Positions 9,735-20,244 of a stretch of DNA of 64,000 bases are shown here, in pieces. The stretch is from Candidatus Nomurabacteria bacterium (GTDB taxonomy: Bacteria; Patescibacteriota; Minisyncoccia; Phycocordibacterales; CALRBL01). The number at the start of each line of letters is the position of its first letter. Within the stretch, counting starts at the first letter, position 1. A model generated the notes under the pieces. It was not told the origin of the DNA and did not search any database. It saw nothing but the letters and a program-made list of their open reading frames with translations. The stretch lies in the NCBI GenBank assembly GCA_963834935.1, contig CAWIDS010000003.1, forward strand, positions 37,999 to 101,998, written 5' to 3'. Made by a program: the position numbers and the translations under genes.

Positions 9735-10745
9735 TTACCGTTTCGAAATGACGCTTTTCTTGTAGACGTCGAGATGCTCAAGGGCGATGCCGGTGCCTTT
9801 TGCCACGCAGTAAAGCGCGTCGTCAGCTAGGACGGCTTTCACGCCCGTGCGGCGGAATACCAATTCGGGAAGGTTGCGCAGGAGTGATGAGCCGCCGGTC
9901 ATGATGATGCCGTGGTCGATGATGTCTGATGCGAGCTCAGGAGGAGTCTCCTGCAAGACATCCTTTATCGCCTTTATCATCTCACGAAGCTCCTTGGTGA
10001 TAGCTTTGACCACTTCATTAGTCTTTACCTCGATCGAGCGCGGAAGGCCGGTCATCAGATCGCGTCCTTTCACCATCATCGACAACTCTTCTTCCATAGG
10101 AACGGCTGATCCTATCTTTATTTTTATGTCTTCCGCCGTCTTGTCTCCAACTGAAAGGTTGTAGGTCTTCTTGATATGGTCAGTAATGGCATAATCGATG
10201 CGATTGCCGGCACATTTCACCGAAGTGGAAGCGACGATGCCTCCGAGAGAGATCACGGCGACGTCGGTAGTGCCTCCGCCGATATCGACGATCATGTGGC
10301 CGATAGCTTCCTGGATGGAAATGCCCGCGCCGATCGCAGCGAGAATCGGTTCCTTCACGACATACGCATTCTTGGCTCCTGCCTTGATTGCGGCTTCGAT
10401 GACGGCCCGGCGTTCAGTGGAAGTGACTCCAGCCGGAACGGATATCATCACTTCCGGCCGCGAGAAATTCCATTTGCCGAGAGCCTTGTTCATGTAATAG
10501 CGAAGCATCGCTTCGGTCACGCGGTAGTCGGCAATTACGCCATCTTTCATGGGGCGATAGGCGACAATAGAATCAGGCGTCCTGCCTATCATTTCCTTGG
10601 CCTCAAGGCCGACTGCAAGGATCTTATTGTCCTCGGATACGGCCACTACTGACGGCTCATTAAGCACAATTCCCTTGCCGGGCAGAAAAACCAGCGTATT
10701 CGCCGTTCCAAGGTCGATACCTATCTTTTTAGTGAAGAATGCCAT
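9735..10745 (-). CDS. mreB: Rod shape-determining protein MreB
   Basis: IGIDLGTANTLV, actin-fold phosphate loops, 336 aa. Confidence 0.9.
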   Translation of the reverse strand: MAFFTKKIGIDLGTANTLVFLPGKGIVLNEPSVVAVSEDNKILAVGLEAKEMIGRTPDSIVAYRPMKDGVIADYRVTEAMLRYYMNKALGKWNFSRPEVMISVPAGVTSTERRAVIEAAIKAGAKNAYVVKEPILAAIGAGISIQEAIGHMIVDIGGGTTDVAVISLGGIVASTSVKCAGNRIDYAITDHIKKTYNLSVGDKTAEDIKIKIGSAVPMEEELSMMVKGRDLMTGLPRSIEVKTNEVVKAITKELREMIKAIKDVLQETPPELASDIIDHGIIMTGGSSLLRNLPELVFRRTGVKAVLADDALYCVAKGTGIALEHLDVYKKSVISKR

Positions 10746-10803
10746 GGGTACAGTCTAAGGTTAAAACGAGTAAATGTAAAACATGGCGTTCAATCGCCCT
10801 CAT

Positions 10804-10831
10804 TGTCAGAAAACAGGCTGTGTCTTATAAT
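10804..10831 (+). promoter_or_regulatory. Promoter with -35 TTGTCA, a 16-nt spacer and -10 TATAAT
   Basis: Near-consensus hexamers located 32 nt upstream of the 10864 ORF. Confidence 0.45.
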
Positions 10832-10863
10832 ATTTGCATACTTATAAATTAACTTAATAAAAA

Positions 10864-11175
10864 ATGTCAGGACAAGAATTGCCTCGAGACGGAAGGACTG
10901 AAACGGATATTGATCACGCAAGAGAGTTTGCAAGGAAAAAGCAAGAACTCGAAAGCCAAGGATATGAGACAAGAGAAGAAACTGTCAACGAGAGCGGAAT
11001 AGACATGATTCCGCAGGACTACGTTGGCGAGATTGACACTGAATGGGTGCCAGTCTCAAGCTACCGTTCTTACGCCGGAAATGATGACGATTCGACTTAC
11101 GAAGTGCTTTATGCGCGAAAGAAGCCTGAATCAGGCGACGTAGAGGCTTTGATCCAGCCGAACGTTGAAATCTAA
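10864..11175 (+). CDS. Hypothetical acidic protein (103 aa)
   Basis: ORF downstream of a consensus promoter; no recognisable family. Confidence 0.5.
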   Translation: MSGQELPRDGRTETDIDHAREFARKKQELESQGYETREETVNESGIDMIPQDYVGEIDTEWVPVSSYRSYAGNDDDSTYEVLYARKKPESGDVEALIQPNVEI

Positions 11176-11240
11176 CCGTACCCGTCATTTGACATAATAA
11201 TTTTTTTATTCTACTTTATAGCGGAAAGGACTTTTTTGCT

Positions 11241-11729
11241 GTGAAAAAAATATTCATTCTCCGTCACGGGGAGTATAGAAACGACAACGGTCGTTACCCG
11301 TTAAGCGACAACGGAAAACGCCAAGTCCGGGAGCTCGCCTGCCTTCTGAAGGAAAACATCGGCGATGAAACGAGCATCCGCATCCTTTCGTCCGTTGCCT
11401 TAAGAGCGCTTCAAAGCGCTGACATTATTGCCGCCGCGCTCGGCGATATCGAATACGAGCAGCATGAGCTGCTCTGGTTTGATGGTGATGGCCACGGTAA
11501 GCGGGATTATGAAGGCGTAATCGAGCTCATCAGGGAAAGAGATATTGAAGTGGTGATCGTCATCACTCACGATCCATATGTCAGCAGCCTGCCTCGGCCA
11601 GTTGCATATGAGTTCTTCGGCGCAGGAGTGAGATTCCTATCACCAGGCAGAGGAGCGTGCGTCTATGCCGAAGGAATGCTTATAGACGGCGACTGCCGAA
11701 TTTATGACTATTTTCCAGCGCGGAATTAA
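11241..11729 (+). CDS. Histidine phosphatase family protein (SixA/phosphoglycerate mutase-like), GTG start
   Basis: ILRHGE catalytic RHG motif near the N-terminus; about 160 aa. Confidence 0.6.
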   Translation: MKKIFILRHGEYRNDNGRYPLSDNGKRQVRELACLLKENIGDETSIRILSSVALRALQSADIIAAALGDIEYEQHELLWFDGDGHGKRDYEGVIELIRERDIEVVIVITHDPYVSSLPRPVAYEFFGAGVRFLSPGRGACVYAEGMLIDGDCRIYDYFPARN

Positions 11730-11747
11730 ATTCGCTGGCCTTTACCA

Positions 11748-11771
11748 CCGCACCTTAGGGTGCGTTTTTTT
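11748..11771 (+). terminator. Rho-independent terminator
   Basis: ccgcacc-ttag-ggtgcg followed by tttttttat. Confidence 0.6.
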
Positions 11772-11774
11772 ATC

Positions 11775-12878
11775 TCAATAATCCGCCCACGACCACTTTA
11801 TCGCATATGATCCGATTACCACCGAAATGAATGCAGTCAGAAACAGGATTATGATGTCTTTTAAAATTCCCTGTAATGAAGAATAAAAAAGAGCTTGCCT
11901 TAATCCGTCGATGGCATATCGGATGGGAATAAAGGAGCTGAGTGTCTGAAGCCATGGAGAAAGAAAAGAAATGGTGGTGAATCCTCCGCCTAAGAAATAC
12001 ATGTAAGTAGCAAAGACAGTAGCTGCCATCGCGATAGTCCTTGTTTCCTTGAAAAGCGATCCGAGGACCGCCCCCAGGCTGGAAGCGCATGTCGAGGTAG
12101 CAATGAAAATTAATATGATCGCCCACCAATGATAGAGCGGAGGATTTATGATGCCGAACAAGGAACAAAGCGCTACTGCAGGAATAAGGACTGCCAATGA
12201 AGCCAGCAAGCCCCCCGACAAGCGCCCGGCAATCAGAGTGGATGCCGATTGTGGAGCAATGAGAAGCAGGCGAGAGGTCTTCCTCTCAATGTCTTGAGCA
12301 CACATGAGGGCAGTTCCCATCAATCCTACATTGAGGATCAGCAGGACCAGAGCCGGGATGATCTGATAATCCAGCCAATCTACATTCGTCTTTCGAATGT
12401 CGTGCTCGTCCACTTGTATCAGATACGGATTCTTGCCGGCATCTGAGGAAGATATGTTAAATTGGCCGACTGAGCGGTCGACGCTTCGCCTGATGTCGTC
12501 AGCGAAATCGATATCAATATTATTCAAAGTCAGCATCACGTCTCCGCCATTCTTCATCACTTCAGCATCGAAATCGGCGGGTATAGTGATGATTGCCGCG
12601 ATCTTTTGGTCTGAGAGCATTTTTTCGGCGGTTTTCGAGTCCGTCAATGTAAGCAGATACGCATCGTCGTCAGCCTGGATGATGTGCGACATCCTTTGCG
12701 CGGCTGTACCGTTGCTGCCAAGCACCAAAGCGACTGGCTGCTGCGTCACCGTAAAGCTCAGGATCACCAGGAAGAAAGTCATCATTATCGGCGGCAGCAA
12801 GACGCTTGCCATCGCGAGCGGCATCCTCCACCACCTAAGTAGATCGAGCTGCGCTAATTTCCATATGTTCCTGATCAT
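11775..12878 (-). CDS. ABC-2 type transporter permease
   Basis: Six-transmembrane ABC-2 permease architecture with a large extracytoplasmic loop after TM1. Confidence 0.75.
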   Translation of the reverse strand: MIRNIWKLAQLDLLRWWRMPLAMASVLLPPIMMTFFLVILSFTVTQQPVALVLGSNGTAAQRMSHIIQADDDAYLLTLTDSKTAEKMLSDQKIAAIITIPADFDAEVMKNGGDVMLTLNNIDIDFADDIRRSVDRSVGQFNISSSDAGKNPYLIQVDEHDIRKTNVDWLDYQIIPALVLLILNVGLMGTALMCAQDIERKTSRLLLIAPQSASTLIAGRLSGGLLASLAVLIPAVALCSLFGIINPPLYHWWAIILIFIATSTCASSLGAVLGSLFKETRTIAMAATVFATYMYFLGGGFTTISFLSPWLQTLSSFIPIRYAIDGLRQALFYSSLQGILKDIIILFLTAFISVVIGSYAIKWSWADY

Positions 12879-13978
12879 CGCTGCATTTTATTATTAAGGG
12901 AGAAAAATCCTATGAAAAGCGCTATAGCGGCAAATATGCCTAGGATGAGAAAATCCATCGCCACCGATTCTGGCGTGACTTTGAGATTCAGCATCGATGA
13001 TTCCAATATCCCGACGGAATAATACATCGGCGAGAGATGGGCTATCCTCCAGATCAGCTCGCCATCGAACCTTTGGGGCTCATAAGCCCCGCTTATGAGA
13101 TAGAGTGGCATGGATATTCCAAAAATCAAAGAAGCGACTGGCAGCGGCTTCCTGATCAGGGCACCGATGGCCGCCCCGACGAAGCTGAAAATAAGGACCG
13201 ACAGGATAAGCCCTGACATCATTTTCAGAGGATGATACGGCCTGATTCCATAGCCGAATATGACAAGTGCGAGAACAAGACATAGTGCAGCAGCCGAGAC
13301 TGTGCTGTCCGCCAATACCCGCCCGAAAAGGGAAACTAACGGATTTGCCGGCGAGATGCGAAGAAGGTTGATCATCTTCGATTCGAATTCAGCTGCTATT
13401 GAAATCGCGCCAAGGATTCCGGAGATGATGAATGCGCTCAAAGCCAAAGCGCTTACGACCAAGTAAGAGATGAAACCCGTATCATGATCGATAAGGTCGT
13501 TCTCTTGCGCTCGGACCGAAATGCCTGGAAGATTCAGGCTGTTTCCGAAATGAGTGATTGCCGAAGGAAGAGCTCTCTGGATATCGTCAGTCATGTCCGT
13601 ATCGATATTATTCAAAGACAGATTGGCTGAAGCGGCCGAGCCGTACGAGATCTTTTCCGAAAAGCCTTCGGGAATAGTGATTATCGCCACAATATGCCCC
13701 TTATCCATCTCAGCTGAGGCTTCTTTCTGATCCATCCTCATGAGATCGAATGAGTCATGTGCCTCCTGAAGATCTTGGATGAAGAGATCGGAATATGCTG
13801 CATGGTCATTATCTACGAGCCCGGTCGGCGCGAAAGATCCTGCCATGCCGAAGAAATTCACAAGGAAGATGAAGGTGATCGCCTGCACCGCTGTCAGAAG
13901 CAATAAAAAAGGAGACCTGCCCAGCCTGATCAATTCCGAGCGGAAGGAACCGTAAAAAGAAGAGTAATCATTGCTCAT
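12875..13978 (-). CDS. ABC-2 type transporter permease (second)
   Basis: Paralogous ABC-2 permease; the ATG start (MSNDYSSFYG) overlaps the end of the ATPase gene. Confidence 0.75.
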   Translation of the reverse strand: MSNDYSSFYGSFRSELIRLGRSPFLLLLTAVQAITFIFLVNFFGMAGSFAPTGLVDNDHAAYSDLFIQDLQEAHDSFDLMRMDQKEASAEMDKGHIVAIITIPEGFSEKISYGSAASANLSLNNIDTDMTDDIQRALPSAITHFGNSLNLPGISVRAQENDLIDHDTGFISYLVVSALALSAFIISGILGAISIAAEFESKMINLLRISPANPLVSLFGRVLADSTVSAAALCLVLALVIFGYGIRPYHPLKMMSGLILSVLIFSFVGAAIGALIRKPLPVASLIFGISMPLYLISGAYEPQRFDGELIWRIAHLSPMYYSVGILESSMLNLKVTPESVAMDFLILGIFAAIALFIGFFSLNNKMQR

Positions 13979-14882
13979 TTTTTTCTTCGAATGTGCTGAA
14001 GACCTCCGCAAGGTCCGGCTCGCGGATGCGGAACCTGCCATTCGGGACCTCTTTCAGCACGAAGGCTATCACTTCCTGGGAAATCGACGTGCTCTTCAAG
14101 TAAAGCGAGAACCCGCTCGAGGTAATGTCGGCGCGCATAATATCCGGCCGGCTAGAGATGTGAGGCACGACCGACTTCGCTTCTTCCTTGCCGCATTCCA
14201 TATCAAGGCAGACTCCTATCCTTGAAAGCAGAGCCTCGGATGACTCTGATGCCACCAGCCGTCCATCCTTGAGGACCGCAACTCTGTCGCACAGCGCCCG
14301 GATTTCATCGATGTAGTTGGTTGCGACAATGATGGTCTTGCCTTGCGATTTCAGCAGCCTGAGATACGACCAGATATCATAGCGCGCTTCGGCATCGACC
14401 CCGAGTGTCGGCTCGTCGATGATGAACAAGTCGGGATCGTGAAGCAAAGACCGGGCGATGCTTATGCGCCTCCTTAATCCGCCGGACAAGGTCTTAACCA
14501 TCTGCGCTGCCCTGTCAGACAATCCAAGAAGATCAAGAACCTCTTTTATTTTTTGTTTCGGGTCCTTCACGCCATATAGCGAAGCCGAGAATTGGAGATT
14601 CTCGAATACGGTCAGCTCTTCATACAATGCGGTCTCCTGGAAGACGACCCCGATCCGCTGCCTATATCTTTTGCTTGATAGGTCCTTTTCCCCCATTGAC
14701 TCGATAGTCCCTTCAGACGGCCGGCGCAATCCCATGATAAGCGAAAGAAGCGTCGATTTGCCGGCGCCATTCAATCCGAGTATTCCGGTAATGCTTCCTT
14801 TCTGAATGCTTAGAGTAATATCCTTGAGAATCGTTTTCTTCTTTATTAAGAAAGAAACTTCATTGCATGAGATCTCTGCCAT
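13968..14882 (-). CDS. ABC transporter ATP-binding protein (ABC-2 type)
   Basis: Walker A GLNGAGKST, signature LSGGLRRR, Walker B LFIIDEPT. Confidence 0.85.
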   Translation of the reverse strand: MAEISCNEVSFLIKKKTILKDITLSIQKGSITGILGLNGAGKSTLLSLIMGLRRPSEGTIESMGEKDLSSKRYRQRIGVVFQETALYEELTVFENLQFSASLYGVKDPKQKIKEVLDLLGLSDRAAQMVKTLSGGLRRRISIARSLLHDPDLFIIDEPTLGVDAEARYDIWSYLRLLKSQGKTIIVATNYIDEIRALCDRVAVLKDGRLVASESSEALLSRIGVCLDMECGKEEAKSVVPHISSRPDIMRADITSSGFSLYLKSTSISQEVIAFVLKEVPNGRFRIREPDLAEVFSTFEEKNEQ

Positions 14883-14924
14883 TGCATGATTATAACAGTA
14901 ATAATGACCTTCTGCAATTGACTC

Positions 14925-16694
14925 CTATTTCTTCGACGCGCTTTTCAAGAGCTCAAGCACTTGTTTCTCGTCAGCCACTTGCTTCACTTCACCGCCGCCG
15001 ACGAACAGTATCTCATCAGCTTTTTTAATGGTGTTGAGGCGGTGGGCAATGATGACTTTGGTGGTATCTTCAGGCAGCGAATCGATAAGCTTCTGGAGAT
15101 TCGCTTCTGTGACCGTGTCGATATTGGCGGTGGCTTCGTCAAGAATGAGGAATTCCGGCTCGCGGAGGATGGTGCGGGCGAAAGAGATGATCTGCTTCTG
15201 GCCGATGCTTATGTTTTCCGATCCGCCTTCGATGTGGGTCTTCAGGCCATCAGGAAATCGTTTCAGCAAGTCTGCCATCTTTTTTTCTTCAAGAAGCTTT
15301 TCAAGCTCGTCATCAGTCATGGTGAAGAATTTGTCGTTTCCGTAGCGGATATTGTCCGCTACGCTTCCCGAGAAAAGGAAAGGCTCCTGGAGGATGACGC
15401 TGACATGTCCTGACAGATGGTCCCGGTCATAGGTGCGCATATCCTTGCCCTTCCAGAAGACCGTTCCGGAAACGGGATCATACAGGCGAGCCATAAGCGA
15501 AGCGATGGTGCTTTTTCCTCCTCCAGTCGGCCCTACCAATGCATATGTCTTTCCTTTGCATAAAGAAAACGTTACGTTCTTGAGAACATGGCTTTTCTCC
15601 TCATAGCCAAAACCGACATTGTCAAAAAGCATCACAGCTTCTTGATCCGATCCCTGAGGAAAAGGATTGCCATCCGAGACTTGCACGACGTTTGATGACA
15701 GGGAAAGTATATCGCTGATCCTTCCCCACGATGCGAGCGATACCTGTATGTCGCCAAAGATGTTTGCGATAAAGCGGAGCGGATCGTAGAATTTTTGGCT
15801 ATAGTTAAGGAAGCTCACCAAAAGCCCAATGGTTATCTGGCCATGCATGGCGAGGTAGATGCCATATGCCAAGACGACGGCTTGAGCGATGTAGCCGGCA
15901 AAATCATAGAGCGGCGAAAAGACTTGATTGAGGAAGCTGGCAAGAAGGGACTTCGAATAGACCTGCTTGTTGAGATCCGATAGCGAGCTTTCAAAGAAAT
16001 TGCGCCGATCGAAAGCGATGTTGGCCTTGAAGTTGGTAAGCTGCTCAGCAACCCCAGCAGTGAATATTCCGAGCGATGCCGAGCTTTTCCTATTAGCACT
16101 CTCGAGGAAAGGAGAAACGACGCGAGTGACAACAAGAAGAAAGATGGTCGAAGAAAGAAGCACCAAAGCAAGCTTCCAATTGAGATACAGGATGAATGCA
16201 CCGATGCCGACCAAGGTGAATGAACTTCCGGCAAAGCGAAGGATGCTTTCCGAAAGAAATTGCGAGAGCTTGTCGGTATCATTGTTGATGCGAGACATCA
16301 GGTCGCCGGTCTTGTTTTGATTGAAAAAAGCGATCGGAAGGGATTGGATCTTCTTGAAGATGTCAGCGCGGAGCTTATAAAGTGCCTGCTGTCCGACCTT
16401 ACCCATGATATTCTGCTGAAAATAAGTAATGACACCACTTGCGAGATAGAGAATTATCAAAAAGAATATCAGGCGCGCTAGTCCGGCGAGATTTCCATGC
16501 GCGATATAGACGTCGATCGCATCTCCGAGATAATAAGGCGTGACTATCGATGCGATCGAGCTCAGCACCACCAGCACGATTGACCACGCAAGCCTTTTCT
16601 TGTTGAGATACGAGCCTAATTCCTTGCCACTCTGATAAAGCCTTCTCAAATAGGATTTTTCATTCTTCTTTATGCTGTTCAGATCGTAGTACAT
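14925..16694 (-). CDS. ABC exporter, fused permease and ATPase (half transporter B)
   Basis: Six-transmembrane N-terminal domain plus a nucleotide-binding domain (GPTGGGKST, ILDEAT). Confidence 0.85.
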   Translation of the reverse strand: MYYDLNSIKKNEKSYLRRLYQSGKELGSYLNKKRLAWSIVLVVLSSIASIVTPYYLGDAIDVYIAHGNLAGLARLIFFLIILYLASGVITYFQQNIMGKVGQQALYKLRADIFKKIQSLPIAFFNQNKTGDLMSRINNDTDKLSQFLSESILRFAGSSFTLVGIGAFILYLNWKLALVLLSSTIFLLVVTRVVSPFLESANRKSSASLGIFTAGVAEQLTNFKANIAFDRRNFFESSLSDLNKQVYSKSLLASFLNQVFSPLYDFAGYIAQAVVLAYGIYLAMHGQITIGLLVSFLNYSQKFYDPLRFIANIFGDIQVSLASWGRISDILSLSSNVVQVSDGNPFPQGSDQEAVMLFDNVGFGYEEKSHVLKNVTFSLCKGKTYALVGPTGGGKSTIASLMARLYDPVSGTVFWKGKDMRTYDRDHLSGHVSVILQEPFLFSGSVADNIRYGNDKFFTMTDDELEKLLEEKKMADLLKRFPDGLKTHIEGGSENISIGQKQIISFARTILREPEFLILDEATANIDTVTEANLQKLIDSLPEDTTKVIIAHRLNTIKKADEILFVGGGEVKQVADEKQVLELLKSASKK

Positions 16695-16699
16695 AAATT

Positions 16700-18400
16700 T
16701 TAATGGGATTCGGTCGATTGCTGCGATTCATAAATCTGGCGATACTCCAGAGAGCCTTTGATGAGCTCGTCATGCGTTCCTTGGGCTATCAATTCTCCCT
16801 CCATCAGCACGATGATGTGGTCATAGTGCCTGATAGGCTCTATTTTCTGAGTAATGGAAATAAGGGTGATACCACCGAACTGCTCGTTGATATTCTTCAA
16901 TATCCTTTCCTCAGTTCCCGCATCGACGCGCGAAGTGAAATCGTCAAGAAGCAGTATCTTCGGATTGAGGGAAAGGGCGCGAGCAAGCATGAGACGCTGC
17001 TTCTGACCCCCTGAAAGGCTCGTACCGCGCTCGCTGACATTGGTGTCGATTCCTTGCGGCAATTCTTTCACCAAGGAAGAAAGCTCAGCGGCATCGATAG
17101 CCTTAGAAAGCATAGCTTGATCTGCATCGCTTTTGAAAAGGATATTTTCCTTGAAGGACGTATTGAAGATGATGCTGTCTTGAAAGACCATTCCCACCTG
17201 AGACAGAAATGTCGAGGAATTCCACTCCTTCAAAGGCTTGCCGTCCACAGTAATCTCTCCTTCGGTCGGCTCCGCAAGGCCTGCAAGAAGATAGAAGAGC
17301 TCTGTCTTGCCGGCTCCTGTCGGACCAATGATTGCTGTGCGCGTATGAGGCATGATCTCGAAAGAAATATCCTTCAGTATTTCCTTTTCTCCGTATTTGA
17401 GAGTAACACTGTCAAATATTATATGTCCTTTGAGGACATCGTCGGTCACTTGGGTCGTCCGATAGCCTTCGTCGTCAGCGGCATCAAGCACCTCGTTGAT
17501 CCTCTTTAGCGATACTTGCGCGCGCGAGACGAAGGTCCCGGCGAACGAAAGAATGAAGAACGGCCAGATGAAAACTGACGTATATGAGAAGAATGCGCTC
17601 ATCTCTCCGATCGACAGATTACCTTTTATAACATCGCTTCCTCCGTACCAAAGGACGATCAGGACCGCGAAGTTCGAAAGTAGAGTGATGATCGGAATTA
17701 GTCCAGCAAAGAAGGTGACAATATCCTGGCTGATCTTCGTTCCGAGCTTATTGACCACATCGAACTTCTGCAATTCGAAGCGGGTGGCATTGAGCACGCG
17801 CACCAATGCCGAAGCGATAATGCTTTCATTGATGGTCTTGTTTATATCATCGAGATTTATCTGCCCTTTGCCGAAAAGGGCTCCTATCTTGCCGAAAATG
17901 AGGCCGAACACCAGGATGATGAGCGGTATGACAGACAAGGTAAGCAATGCGAGCTTCAGGTTGATAAGCACAAGGAAAATGACGACGCCTACTAAAGTGA
18001 CTGCGGCGGTCAGGATAGAGACGATTCCCGAAGCGACCAAGTTCTTTACGGCATCCACATCGGATGTCATGACAGTGATCAGCCTTCCTCCCGTCACGCT
18101 TCGCATGTATTTGAATGACCTGTCTTTGAGCGAAGCCACGAGCTTGTTGCGCAAATCGAGTCCGATCTTTTCCGAAGCGTAACTGGCGATTGCTGACTGT
18201 ATGAACGTCAATAGAAGAACAATCAGTGCGATGCCGCCAAGCACCAGAAGCGCGCCCTCTGCATTGAAATTGCCTTTATTGTAGAGGTCTATATACTCAC
18301 CAAGCTTCTTGGGGAAGAAAAGCGAAAGGATGTTCGCACCCACGGAAAAAATGAATATGAAAAAAATCAAAAGGCTATAGGGCTTCAGTGCTTTTATCAT
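16700..18400 (-). CDS. ABC exporter, fused permease and ATPase (half transporter A)
   Basis: Six-transmembrane domain plus a nucleotide-binding domain (GPTGAGKT, LSGGQKQRLMLARAL, LLLDD). Confidence 0.85.
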   Translation of the reverse strand: MIKALKPYSLLIFFIFIFSVGANILSLFFPKKLGEYIDLYNKGNFNAEGALLVLGGIALIVLLLTFIQSAIASYASEKIGLDLRNKLVASLKDRSFKYMRSVTGGRLITVMTSDVDAVKNLVASGIVSILTAAVTLVGVVIFLVLINLKLALLTLSVIPLIILVFGLIFGKIGALFGKGQINLDDINKTINESIIASALVRVLNATRFELQKFDVVNKLGTKISQDIVTFFAGLIPIITLLSNFAVLIVLWYGGSDVIKGNLSIGEMSAFFSYTSVFIWPFFILSFAGTFVSRAQVSLKRINEVLDAADDEGYRTTQVTDDVLKGHIIFDSVTLKYGEKEILKDISFEIMPHTRTAIIGPTGAGKTELFYLLAGLAEPTEGEITVDGKPLKEWNSSTFLSQVGMVFQDSIIFNTSFKENILFKSDADQAMLSKAIDAAELSSLVKELPQGIDTNVSERGTSLSGGQKQRLMLARALSLNPKILLLDDFTSRVDAGTEERILKNINEQFGGITLISITQKIEPIRHYDHIIVLMEGELIAQGTHDELIKGSLEYRQIYESQQSTESH

Positions 18401-18606
18401 AGTGATTTCTCGATTTCTTTGAAGACATTCTCTTTCTCTTTGAGCTCGGCGCGGCCGAGTTTCAGCAATTCCGACCCTTCCTTCAGCTTTTCAATACTTT
18501 TTTCGACATCAATCTCCATCTCATCATCAAAATACGAAGCTATCTCGCGGAGCTTTTTCAGTATGTCCGACAAGCCGGGTGTAGTTTTGTTACTTTTCTT
18601 CGCCAT
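18397..18606 (-). CDS. xseB: Exodeoxyribonuclease VII small subunit
   Basis: 69-aa coiled-coil protein (SFEEAL-like LEKIVEKLE pattern) immediately downstream of xseA; its stop overlaps the exporter start. Confidence 0.7.
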   Translation of the reverse strand: MAKKSNKTTPGLSDILKKLREIASYFDDEMEIDVEKSIEKLKEGSELLKLGRAELKEKENVFKEIEKSL

Positions 18607-18612
18607 AGGGCC

Positions 18613-19704
18613 TCATATTATCACACCTTCAGATTTTCCGTCACCAAATTGAACTTCTATCTCGTCGCCTTTCCTAAGCGATTTTGACTTCGATATAACC
18701 TTGCCTTTCGAGCGAACAATCGAAAAGCCGCGATTCAATTGCCGGACCGGATCATGTGCTGAAAAAATGACTGAAAAATTCTGGAATTGCCTTTCGGTCT
18801 CGGCAATGATCTCTTTAGCATGTCTTCTGAAGTCCTTTGAGTAAATTTCGAATGCTCCTTCAGTCTGTTGTACCAGTCTTGAAAAGGCGTTCTGAATCTT
18901 GTTTGAAAGGAGAGAAAATTCATATGAGGCGCTCATCCACGGCTCGTTAAGAAGCGCAGTGATGGCGGTTGGCGTCGATGTCATCATGTCGGCAGCAAAG
19001 GAAAGCAATGGCACGTCCTTGTCATGGCCAAGGCCAACAATGACAGGAAAGGGCAGGTCCAAAATCTCGCGTATGACCGCTTCATTATTGAAGGCGATAA
19101 ATGACTCGAGGGAACCGCCTCCTCGAATAATGACCAGTACATCGATGTCCCTGTTCTTGAATGTCCTTATCGAGGAGATTATTTCTTCGACTGCTCTTGA
19201 TCCCTCGACTCGCGAATTGACCAATTCTGTCTGGAAACCATACTGACCGAGATTATTGAGAAAATCGTGTATGACTGCGCCTTCTCTGGAGGTGATCACC
19301 CCTATTTTCAACGGAAAAGCAGGCAAACTTTTCTTGCGAGCTTCGGCGAACACTCCCTCAGCTTCGAGTTTCGCCTTCAGCTTGTCATACGCTTTCTTAA
19401 GTTCGCCCTCGCCGACGAGTTCGATGACTTGCGCCTTGAACGTCAGCCGTCCCATCGGCTTGTATATTTCAGGCTGACCGATAACGAGCACTTCTGTTCC
19501 CTCCTTCAGGTCAAGGCTGAGCATCGAGTAAGTGGAGAGCCATATCAAGCAGGAAAGGACGCTCCCGTCTTTCATGTCGCGCAAAGTAAAATAGACCGCC
19601 TTGCCGCGAATGGTAATCTGGCCTATTTCCCCGGAAACGCTTCCTGAAAGTGGAGCGATCGTTTCCTGCAGGATTCCGAGATATTCGCTTACTGAAAAAA
19701 TCAT
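18613..19704 (-). CDS. xseA: Exodeoxyribonuclease VII large subunit
   Basis: N-terminal OB fold (SVSEYLGILQETI...GEIGQITIRGKAVYFTLRD) and the catalytic core of the ExoVII large subunit. Confidence 0.85.
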   Translation of the reverse strand: MIFSVSEYLGILQETIAPLSGSVSGEIGQITIRGKAVYFTLRDMKDGSVLSCLIWLSTYSMLSLDLKEGTEVLVIGQPEIYKPMGRLTFKAQVIELVGEGELKKAYDKLKAKLEAEGVFAEARKKSLPAFPLKIGVITSREGAVIHDFLNNLGQYGFQTELVNSRVEGSRAVEEIISSIRTFKNRDIDVLVIIRGGGSLESFIAFNNEAVIREILDLPFPVIVGLGHDKDVPLLSFAADMMTSTPTAITALLNEPWMSASYEFSLLSNKIQNAFSRLVQQTEGAFEIYSKDFRRHAKEIIAETERQFQNFSVIFSAHDPVRQLNRGFSIVRSKGKVISKSKSLRKGDEIEVQFGDGKSEGVII

Positions 19705-20219
19705 TATTGGGCCTTAAAGCTTGCGCGGACGATATCAGAACCATTCATCACCAGGTTTGACGGGCTATAATCAAAATCAGGGCTGTCATTGTAAAGCACG
19801 ACGTCATAAGTCGCGCCTGGTACGGTCGCTCTTGATACATATATGGAAGCATTCTGATAATTTCCTGCAAATATCTTGCGGGCCCCGAGGACGCGAGGAG
19901 TGGTAGTGGACTCTATATGGTCGCGGATGGCAACCCAGTAATTCTTGTCGAGCGAAAGCGTCGCAAGGGTTACTGAATTTCCTGCAGGCTGATCAGAAAC
20001 AGAAACCCATTCAGCGCTTAAGCTGCTCGTGGACGAAGCCGAAACGGAAGTCGAGGTGGAGACCGCCGAATTGTTTGGAATAGTGTTCACCCCGCCGGCA
20101 AACTTGCCCGCAGACATGTTTCCGATGATAAAGCCGATAAGAAGGCCGAGGACGAAAGCTATTCCCAACGAAGTATTGAAGGAGATGCGTCCCTCTTCTG
20201 GTATTTGTTCCGGATTCAT
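19704..20219 (-). CDS. Hypothetical membrane-anchored protein (171 aa)
   Basis: N-terminal transmembrane helix with a Ser/Thr-rich linker; first gene of the xseA-containing minus-strand operon. Confidence 0.55.
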   Translation of the reverse strand: MNPEQIPEEGRISFNTSLGIAFVLGLLIGFIIGNMSAGKFAGGVNTIPNNSAVSTSTSVSASSTSSLSAEWVSVSDQPAGNSVTLATLSLDKNYWVAIRDHIESTTTPRVLGARKIFAGNYQNASIYVSRATVPGATYDVVLYNDSPDFDYSPSNLVMNGSDIVRASFKAQ

Positions 20220-20244
20220 ATATATTCATTGTAACATACGCCAG

